Below are positions 8,437-14,676 of a stretch of DNA of 32,000 nucleotides, in pieces. The stretch is from Thermococcus piezophilus. Its GTDB lineage: Archaea > Methanobacteriota_B > Thermococci > Thermococcales > Thermococcaceae. The translations under genes and the position numbers were made by a program. The stretch is from NCBI RefSeq assembly GCF_001647085.1, contig NZ_CP015520.1, forward strand, positions 1,228,219-1,260,218. Direction: 5' to 3'. The stretch's first letter is position 1, and the number at the start of each line of letters is the position of its first letter. The notes beneath the pieces were generated by a model that searched no databases, was not told the origin of the DNA, and saw only the letters and a list, made by a program, of their open reading frames with translations.

Positions 8437-8790
8437 GTGAAGAACGTGGGGCTGACAGTTGAACATAAGTTTTCACTATCGGTATATCTGTGGGGACTGA
8501 TAACTGGGTTAATCAGTGGAATAGCAGCGGCAAAAGTCCAATACGGCTGGCTGCTCGGCGTTGCTCTGTACTTCGTCATCGACAAGTTCGTTCTGGCATT
8601 CATAAAGGAGCTACCGTCTGAAATTGAGGACGAAAGAATGGTGCTTAAGAGAGCCTTCTGGGGATGGTTACTATTCTGGCTCTACTTCACGATGCTCAGC
8701 TACACCGTTATGATAGACTTCCAGCCGGTGTTCTACTCGAACCAGAGCCTGCTCTATCAAATCACCCACAACGGAACGGTGACGGGGTGA
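8437..8790 (+). CDS. Small hypothetical integral membrane protein (about 3 TM segments)
   Basis: 117-aa ORF from GTG 8437 (alternative GTG 8446, possibly leaderless; TATA-like cttttaaaag at 8417-8426). Hydrophobic stretches are LWGLITGLISGIAAA, LLGVALYFVIDKFVLAFI and FWGWLLFWLYFTMLSY. Its stop lies 4 nt before the rpiA ATG. Confidence 0.65.
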   Translation: MKNVGLTVEHKFSLSVYLWGLITGLISGIAAAKVQYGWLLGVALYFVIDKFVLAFIKELPSEIEDERMVLKRAFWGWLLFWLYFTMLSYTVMIDFQPVFYSNQSLLYQITHNGTVTG

Positions 8791-8794
8791 GCAG

Positions 8795-9478
8795 ATGAAG
8801 GAGCTGAAAAGAGCGGTTGCTAAAGAGGCTTTGAAGTTCATTGAGGACGATATGATAGTGAGCCTTGGAACGGGCTCCACTACTGCCTACTTCCTCGAGT
8901 ATCTCGGCAAGCTCATAATGGAAGAGGAACTCGAAGACGTCTATGGCGTCCCGACGTCCTATCAGGCAAGACTATTGGCACTCGAGTACGGCGTTCCAGT
9001 TGTTGGCTTGGATGAAGTTGATGCCATAGACATAGCCGTTGACGGCGCCGACGAGGTTGACCTCAACCTGAATCTGATAAAGGGCCGCGGGGCAGCGCTG
9101 ACAATGGAGAAAATCGTCGAGTACCGTGCGGGAACGTTTCTCGTGCTGGTGGACGAGAGCAAGCTCGTAGAGAGGCTCGGTCAGAAGATGCCAGTGCCCA
9201 TAGAGGTCATCCCAGCCGCGTGGAGGGCCATAAAAGAGGAACTTGAGGTCTTCAACGCCACCGCCGAGCTCAGGATGGCCAGTAAGAAGGACGGACCGGT
9301 GGTCACGGAGAACGGAAACTTCCTTCTCGACGCGAGGTTCCACCGCATCGACGACCCGCTCGACCTGGAGATAGAGCTCAACAACATTCCAGGCGTGGTT
9401 GAGAACGGCATATTCGCGGATATAGCTGACATAGTCCTCGTAGGCACGAGGGAAGGCGTCAAGAGGCTCGAGCGGTGA
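8795..9478 (+). CDS. rpiA: Ribose-5-phosphate isomerase A
   Basis: 227-aa ORF with the RpiA motifs GTGSTT, DGADEVD and KGRGAALTMEK. A GGGGTGAG RBS precedes the ATG. Confidence 0.93.
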   Translation: MKELKRAVAKEALKFIEDDMIVSLGTGSTTAYFLEYLGKLIMEEELEDVYGVPTSYQARLLALEYGVPVVGLDEVDAIDIAVDGADEVDLNLNLIKGRGAALTMEKIVEYRAGTFLVLVDESKLVERLGQKMPVPIEVIPAAWRAIKEELEVFNATAELRMASKKDGPVVTENGNFLLDARFHRIDDPLDLEIELNNIPGVVENGIFADIADIVLVGTREGVKRLER

Positions 9479-9582
9479 AATCAAAAGAATAGAAATTCAG
9501 AGTAAGCTGGAAACAGAGAACAGGATTTAACCTCAAAATTTTTAACTTTCCATGCTTGTAATATTTAAGAGGTGAAATTATT

Positions 9583-9853
9583 ATGAAATTGTCTAAAAAT
9601 TCCAATTATTGATCCGATATATGTACAAGAGAAGCTTCAAGAACAAGGAAAGCTAAACAGATTCTTAACTCTGGTTGATAGGCTTTTGAAAAGAAAGCCT
9701 AAGAATATTGAGGATGAGGCAAAATATAGAACTAGGATGGAAATGGAAGAGTTGCTTTTAGGTACAATTGGATTAACTAATAAGGACATAAAAGAGTTTT
9801 ACGATGGACTTATCCAACTAGCAAAGTTCAGAACAGAAAAGACAAGAAAGTGA
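9583..9853 (+). pseudogene. Small hypothetical gene (about 89 codons) interrupted by a 1-nt frameshift near its 5' end
   Basis: A strong RBS GAGGTGA (9569-9575) lies 7 nt before ATG 9583, but that frame stops after 9 codons (TGA 9610-9612). The +1 frame is open from 9587 to TGA 9851-9853 (...PIIDPIYVQEKLQEQGKLNRFLTLVDRLLKRKPKNIEDEAKYRTRMEMEELLLGTIGLTNKDIKEFYDGLIQLAKFRTEKTRK). The shift would fall in or after the A5 run at 9595-9599. I recognise no homologue. Confidence 0.35.
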
Positions 9854-9970
9854 AATGCTAGGAGTATTTATATTTCCCTATATAGAGTTTGGACCATAAT
9901 ATTTTTAAATCTCTTAAGGACACACCTTTAGACGGGATATTAAAAGAGTTTTGGTGAGTCGTTGCTTTGT

Positions 9971-10058
9971 GCGGGGGTTGCCGAGCCTGGTCAAAGGCGG
10001 TGGACTCAAGATCCACTCCCGCAGGGGTTCCGGGGTTCAAATCCCCGCCCCCGCACCA
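9971..10058 (+). tRNA. tRNA-Leu (anticodon CAA), class II with a long variable arm and a genomically encoded CCA
   Basis: Hand-folded. Acceptor stem GCGGGGG/CCCCCGC; D arm GCC-GAGCCTGGTCAAA-GGC; anticodon stem GTGGA/TCCAC with loop CTCAAGA (anticodon CAA). The variable arm is TCCCGCAGGGGTTC and the T arm is CGGGG-TTCAAAT-CCCCG. The discriminator is A, followed by CCA. No intron. Confidence 0.93.
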
Positions 10059-10300
10059 TTCCGTCATTAGTTATAACAAAAGACTGATAATGTATCAAAC
10101 TGTATAACGAATAGTCCAATTGTATCTAGAGCAATTCTTCCATTTTATAGTTCCATACAGGATATATCATTACAGAATTCGTTAGTATAAGTATCTTCAG
10201 TTGATTTCTCTCCATTACTAAGATTCACGATAGTTTTACTGTCTTCAAATATTAAAAGTCATAAAGTTTGTTAATAACCATAGAAGATAAAGCTTCAGAA

Positions 10301-11249
10301 CTACATCTCCATTCTTTTGAACAAGTTCAATCTTGTTAATTTGTTGGTATTACTACATAATTCTGCCTCAATTTTCATTTTAAGCACTCTCAGCATAGAA
10401 TATTGGGCTATCTCATAATCTTCACAATAAATTGCATAGTTTTTTAGTTCTATTTCAAGATCTGGTTCTTTTTTCTCTGTTTTTTGACTCAACTTAAAAA
10501 CCTTGACAAGTTTAAAGGTCAAATCCTTTGTACCCTCTTTATGATTATTGTTTTTGCTTCTAACTCTTTTGTAAACTCCACATTTCTCAAAGATTAACCT
10601 AGTCGAGTCTGCATTAACACTTTTTTGAGTTTATGAACAGTTGTCTTCTTTTTGTTCCATTTCATTAGCCAAGTATCCAAATTAAAACTCGGTAAGCGTT
10701 GATCCAGAATGTAGAGTTTCTCTCCAATTTTAACACCTACAGCAACATGACCAAAAATGTAATAAAGTAAATTTCAGGATAAATATTCGGCAGAGAGATG
10801 CAGTAAATCTTGCATGGTCTCTGCATACTGCTAGTTTGTACTTCAGGACTTTGTTGATGGTAGACTTGGTCGAATGATGTCTATAAAATATCCAAATAGT
10901 TTTGCTAATTTTGATAATTTCGATTTTTCATATCTTCACAAAGGTCGATAACTAATTATTAAGTATATAATCACAAAGAAAGGCAATGTGATAAACAATA
11001 AAGCTGGAATTAAACAACCACAAGAACAACGAATAATATAATCTAGATTCCTAAAACTCATGATACTATCCATCTTTCTGTCGGGTATCTTATGTTCTTG
11101 TCTTCCCATTCTAAGATATTAACTAATGTTTCTTTCTCAGAATCTCCTTTTAGTTGATTTACTAATCTCTGTATTTTTATGTTATCTATCTCTCCCAGTG
11201 TTGGACAAAATTCTCTTTTGATCTCTGTAATTTTTGAGAGTATTGACAT
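10301..11249 (-). pseudogene. Decayed gene, possibly a transglutaminase-like cysteine peptidase with TM segment(s)
   Basis: ATG 11249 follows a GTGATGGA RBS 30 nt after the upstream gene. Frame 1 gives MSILSK...TLVNILEWEDKNIRYPTERWIVS* (63 aa). Coding-like sequence then continues in other frames with extra stops: a TM-like GCLIPALLFITLPFFVIIYLIISY, then KYKLAVCRDHARFTASL (a C-R-D-x-A transglutaminase-core-like motif). Next come GHVAVGVKIGEKLYILDQRLP... and finally ORF 10301..10522 with its start-less upstream extension. There are at least 4 frame breaks plus at least one in-frame TGA. Confidence 0.35.
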
Positions 11250-11279
11250 AATCCATCACAAATCTTAATTGTCAGATGG

Positions 11280-12171
11280 TTAACTAAGCAATATTTCCAA
11301 AATCTGTGTTTTTATATCTCTATCCTTAGAGATATTGTCTAAAGCTTTTAATTCTACATTATATCCGTGGCTTTCGAATTTTGTTTTTAGGCTTTCAAGT
11401 ATACTCTCGTACCTCTTGAGTTGCTCCTTGAAGCGTTTATGCTTATCATTGAAGCGTTTATGCTTATCATTGAAGCGTTTATGCTTATCATTGAAGCGTT
11501 TATGCTTATCATTGAAGCGTTTATGCTTACCTGATTTTACTTCGCTTATGGAGATCATAAGGTGTTTTGGAGAGAATCCGATTACCAGAATATCTAATTC
11601 AGCTTGTACTTCTTTTTCTTTTATTAATTTGGTATCTAACGCTATCAAATACCATTCAAATTTCTTCTTTGTCTATATAATGTCGTAGTATATCAAGTAG
11701 ATGATACTGCTCTGCATATTCTCCTTTTTCTAGTTTGGTTTCAGGTAAACTTTCAAACTGTTTTAAATATAAGTTCAAATACTCTGAAGTAACAAAAGAT
11801 GGAATCGGTAACGTGAAAGAAAATAATTGAAATATCAATTTCAACATCTTTAATGGAAATTTAAGTAGAGACTCACTAGATAAAGACAGAGGCCGTAATT
11901 TTTTCGTTGCACAAGTACTTCGTTACCAAATATTTTTCTAAAATGCGACTAGCAAGCTTAGACGACTCAAATAGCCCTTTTTCAAGGAATTTTCTTTTTA
12001 AGCTCATTTGTGAAAGTGTTCCATAAAAGCCTTTCCTCTTCTTTTATTAAAAATAACAAGAGGCAAGTACAAAATTTTAGATATCCTCAGTAAATAATAT
12101 ATCTTATTAAGAGGATTATCTTCTTGAATTAAGATTGGATAGATGAATATCTGATAGTCTTTACTTGCCAT
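11280..12171 (-). pseudogene. NERD-like PD-(D/E)xK nuclease-domain gene (about 297 codons) broken by three frame changes and carrying an internal 7-aa tandem repeat
   Basis: Four colinear pieces lie on the minus strand. (1) ATG 12171 MASKDYQIFIYPILIQEDNPLNKIYYLLRISKILYLPLVIFN... (2) ...KKRKGFYGTLSQMSLKRKFLEKGLFESSKLASRILEKYLVTKYLCNEKITASVFI*. (3) ...SESLLKFPLKMLKLIF...LEKGEYAEQYHLLDILRHYIDKEEI* (ORF 11656..11847). (4) WYLIALDTKLIKEKEVQAELDILVIGFSPKHLMISISEVKSGKHKRF... (ORF 11280..11648). The pattern GE..(n)..ELDILVI..(n)..ISEVKSG matches the NERD/PD-(D/E)xK layout (E-I-D-hhhh ... hhh-E-V-K-x-x-G). The frame junctions coincide with A/T homopolymer-rich spots. Confidence 0.45.
11429..11529. repeat. 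Perfect 21-bp tandem repeat, 4.8 copies (unit tgaagcgtttatgcttatcat)
   Basis: Units start at 11429, 11450, 11471 and 11492 (all identical) and at 11513 (first 17 nt identical). The repeat is in frame on the minus strand and encodes (KHKRFND)x4 + KHKRFKE immediately after the EVKSG motif of the NERD-like ORF. Confidence 0.97.
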
Positions 12172-12242
12172 ATTGTACAATATCGTTCATGGAATAATAA
12201 ATTTAACGTAGCTCCGAAGGAAAAAGGCAGAAAGGAGAGATG

Positions 12243-12911
12243 TCAGACCTTACTCGGCGCTCCGAAAGCCCTGTCGCCGGCATCCCCAAGGCCCGGCAGA
12301 ATGTAGCCCTTTTCGTTAAGCTCCCTGTCTATTGCCGCGACGAACATTTCGACGTCCGGATGGGCTTCCTTTATCCTGCTTATCCCCTCCGGAGCCGCAA
12401 GGACACCGACGATGACGTAGCGCTTGGCCTTCCCGTACTTCTTGACCTCGTCGAGAACCTTAATCAGCGTCGAGCCCGTCGCTATCATCGGGTCGGCTAT
12501 GATGACTGTGTCTTTCTCCTTTATCTGGGGCACCTTGACGTACTTCATTTCTATTTCGAACTTCGGAGCCTTGCTGCGGGAGGCCGAGACGATGCCCACG
12601 CGGGCGTGGTCGAGAACCTTGATCAGACCCTCCATCAGTGGAATCGCGGCCCTGAGAACTGTTATTATGACAACGTTGCGTCTGTCAGTGATGAGGACTC
12701 CGTCAGTCTCCTCGAGGGGCGTGTTTATCCTGATTCTCTCTGTCTCCATCGTCTTGGTTATCTCGTAGGCCAGGTATCTGCCAAGCTTGACGAGTCCCTT
12801 TCTGAAGGCTATAGGCCCCGTCCTCTCGTCCCTGAGCTCGGTTAGGATCTCCATAATAAAGGGCGAGTCCTCAAAATGGTAAACTCCAGTCCAGCGTTCG
12901 TCCCTGATCAT
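12243..12911 (-). CDS. upp: Uracil phosphoribosyltransferase
   Basis: This is ORF 12243..13019. Homologues as I recall them start at MI(K/R)DERW, which puts the start at ATG 12911, preceded by GGTGATGGA. It has the PRPP-binding loop [13 protein letters not shown] and a C-terminal YI(L/V)[12 protein letters not shown]. The upstream TTG 13019 extension is unlikely to be coding. Confidence 0.93.
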   Translation of the reverse strand: MIRDERWTGVYHFEDSPFIMEILTELRDERTGPIAFRKGLVKLGRYLAYEITKTMETERIRINTPLEETDGVLITDRRNVVIITVLRAAIPLMEGLIKVLDHARVGIVSASRSKAPKFEIEMKYVKVPQIKEKDTVIIADPMIATGSTLIKVLDEVKKYGKAKRYVIVGVLAAPEGISRIKEAHPDVEMFVAAIDRELNEKGYILPGLGDAGDRAFGAPSKV

Positions 12912-12957
12912 TCCATCACCAGGAAGGGGTTGGGAGAGGGGTTTATTAGTCTGACTC

Positions 12958-12996
12958 CTGATTTGATCTGCTGATTGTATTCTCTGATTCTGGACT
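12958..12996. promoter_or_regulatory. Three CTGATT hexamers phased exactly 13 bp apart in the upp promoter-proximal/leader region
   Basis: CTGATT occurs at 12958-12963, 12971-12976 and 12984-12989 (AATCAG on the upp strand), plus CTGAC at 12951. They lie between the upp ATG (12911) and the TATA-like elements at about 13005-13034. One of those TATA-like elements is bracketed by the 6-bp inverted repeat CCAAGA/TCTTGG (13016-13039). Confidence 0.3.
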
Positions 12997-13082
12997 CGGA
13001 TTTCGCTTAAAATTTCCAAGAGGATTTAAAAATTCTTGGTCTTTACTCAGAACAACAGAAAATGTTTCGGAAACGTCTTGAT

Positions 13083-14534
13083 TTATTCCACTCTTCCAAT
13101 GACCCTCTGCATCCAGGTGCCCTTCATGAACCAGACTAAAGCCACTCCAGCCGTTATAAAGTTGCTCATGCCCATGCCAAAGAACACTCCCTTGCTCGTG
13201 AAGTTGAAGAGCTCGGCCAGCGGAATGTGGACGCTGACTGTGTGCCCAAGCAGGACGAAGCTGAAGGCCAGCGCTGGTATATAACCAAAGGCATAGCTCA
13301 TCGGTATCCTCAGGCCCCAAAGGCGGAGTATGCTTAAGGCCATGCTCTTTTTCGTGTGACCTGCGCTCCTGAAGACGTTGGTAACTACTACGAAGATGCC
13401 GTTGAAGAATGGGACAGAAATTAGAAAGTACTTGAGAACGACTTCACTCTCGGCTATAACAGCTGGGTCATTGAGAAAGACTCGGAAAACCTCCTCTCTG
13501 AATATTCCGATCAGGAGAACCGAGAAAAAGGCTATGGCAAAGTTTACCATCATCGTCCTCTCGGCTATCCTCTTGGCCCTCTTGTACTGCTCCGCACCGA
13601 CGTTCTGGGCGACCATCGTGCCCATTCCCATACTTATTCCCCTTGATATGCTAGTGAGCACGTTCACGAGGCGGGTAGTGATTATGTAGGCAGCGTAGGC
13701 GACGTCGCCGAAGCCGAAGATTATTCTCGTCAGGATGACGAACCCGAAGTTGTTGGCAGACTGGCCGATGCTCGAGGGCAGTCCGATGCGGAATATTTTA
13801 CTGTAGAATTCCAAATCCGGTGTGAGGTTCTCCGGAGTGAGATGCACGCCAACCTTACCAGTGAAGAGCAAGTAGGCACCTATGAGTGAGCCAATGCTGT
13901 TAGCTGTTATCGTGGCTAGGGCGGCTCCAGTGACCCCCATTTCAGGAAAGCCGAACCATCCGAATATTAGGATGGGGTCGAGGGCTATGTTTACGGCCAC
14001 CGTCAGGAGGTTGAGCTTCATCGGTGTTTTGGTGTCACCGACGGCCCTTAGGAGAAAGCTGAAATCAAAGCTGGTGAAGGCAAAGGGTATGCCGAGGAAT
14101 ATTATCCTCGTGTAGCTCAAAGCATATGGGTAGACACTCTCGGAAACGTGCATGAAGCGGAGTGCATAGGGCGTCGCGAAGTAGCCGAATATCCCGACAA
14201 AGGTGGCAAAGATTAGCACGAGGGAGTAGAGTGAACCCGCAGCTCTGTTCGCTTCTCTGTACCTCCCGGCCCCTACGTACTGCCCGACGAGTGCAAAGCC
14301 TGCCGTGGCAAAGCCCATGCCGAGGGCCATAAGGGTTCCTATCATAGGCCAGGCAGTTCCTGGAGCTGAGAGTTCTGCCCTTCCAAGCTTGCCGAGCCAG
14401 AATGTGTCGGTGATGTTGTACAGAACCTGCACTAAGTTATTGATTATGAGCGGGAGCGAGAGAGACAGAAGCGTCTTCTCAATGGGCCCGTGGAGAATTT
14501 CCTCGCGCGTCCTCTGAACTTTGGAGTCCCTCAT
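13083..14534 (-). CDS. MATE family efflux transporter (MOP superfamily)
   Basis: This is ORF 13083..14540. It has 12 predicted TM-type hydrophobic segments and the MATE N-terminal pattern PIEKTLLSLSLPLIINNLVQVLYNITDTFWLGKLG. The ATG at 14534 is preferred over TTG 14540, because the TATA-like TTTTATAT (minus strand, 14561-14570) would give a nearly leaderless mRNA. Confidence 0.88.
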   Translation of the reverse strand: MRDSKVQRTREEILHGPIEKTLLSLSLPLIINNLVQVLYNITDTFWLGKLGRAELSAPGTAWPMIGTLMALGMGFATAGFALVGQYVGAGRYREANRAAGSLYSLVLIFATFVGIFGYFATPYALRFMHVSESVYPYALSYTRIIFLGIPFAFTSFDFSFLLRAVGDTKTPMKLNLLTVAVNIALDPILIFGWFGFPEMGVTGAALATITANSIGSLIGAYLLFTGKVGVHLTPENLTPDLEFYSKIFRIGLPSSIGQSANNFGFVILTRIIFGFGDVAYAAYIITTRLVNVLTSISRGISMGMGTMVAQNVGAEQYKRAKRIAERTMMVNFAIAFFSVLLIGIFREEVFRVFLNDPAVIAESEVVLKYFLISVPFFNGIFVVVTNVFRSAGHTKKSMALSILRLWGLRIPMSYAFGYIPALAFSFVLLGHTVSVHIPLAELFNFTSKGVFFGMGMSNFITAGVALVWFMKGTWMQRVIGRVE

Positions 14535-14676
14535 ATTCAATCAGACGGCAATCGAAACGCTGATATAAAAGCCTTGCTGTGGATAAAGAATCCATCCACT
14601 GTTTCAATAAACTGGAGAATACATCAAGCCAAATGATATAGAAAAGAAGGAAGCGCGGAGCGCTGCTCGAAGAGGT

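Larger units (their letters stand above)
9480..12242. other. AT-rich genomic islet surrounding tRNA-Leu, between rpiA and upp. Possibly a degraded integrated element or defence islet.
   Basis: G+C drops abruptly. Sample lines I counted gave about 32% inside the islet versus about 53% in rpiA. The only intact gene is the GC-rich tRNA, and all protein-coding potential is fragmented across frames. I found no integrase and no repeat of the tRNA 3' end. Confidence 0.5.

Noticed and set aside
1777-8466. Antisense or overlapping ORFs within gdhA, the 387-aa gene, fttA and the TS-like gene (for example 1777..2637-, 2555..2914+, 5564..6181-, 6266..6967-, 7378..8466-)
   Set aside because: They lie on the opposite strand or in an alternative frame of strongly supported conserved genes. 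Their products are repetitive or low-complexity, with no start context.
9858-10067. 69-aa minus-strand ORF
   Set aside because: It is simply the antisense of tRNA-Leu and its flanks.
11429-11529. Possible CRISPR-like array
   Set aside because: The 21-bp units are directly abutting with no spacers, and they are in frame inside an ORF. This is a coding tandem repeat, not a CRISPR array. No cas genes or leader were seen.
10059-12242. att-site duplication of the tRNA-Leu 3' half, or an integrase fragment, marking an integrated virus or plasmid
   Set aside because: I scanned the AT-rich DNA on both sides of the tRNA for a GC-rich match to GGTTCAAATCCCCGCCCCCGCACCA and found none. I recognised no tyrosine-recombinase motifs in any frame. 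The mobile-element interpretation therefore remains only a hypothesis.
13083-14534. MATE transporter acting as the missing Wzx-type flippase for the Wzy-like operon
   Set aside because: Both families belong to the MOP superfamily. However, the N-terminal pattern is classic MATE (NorM/DinF-like), and the gene is separated from the operon by ppsA and its own promoter. There is no sequence-level support for a link.
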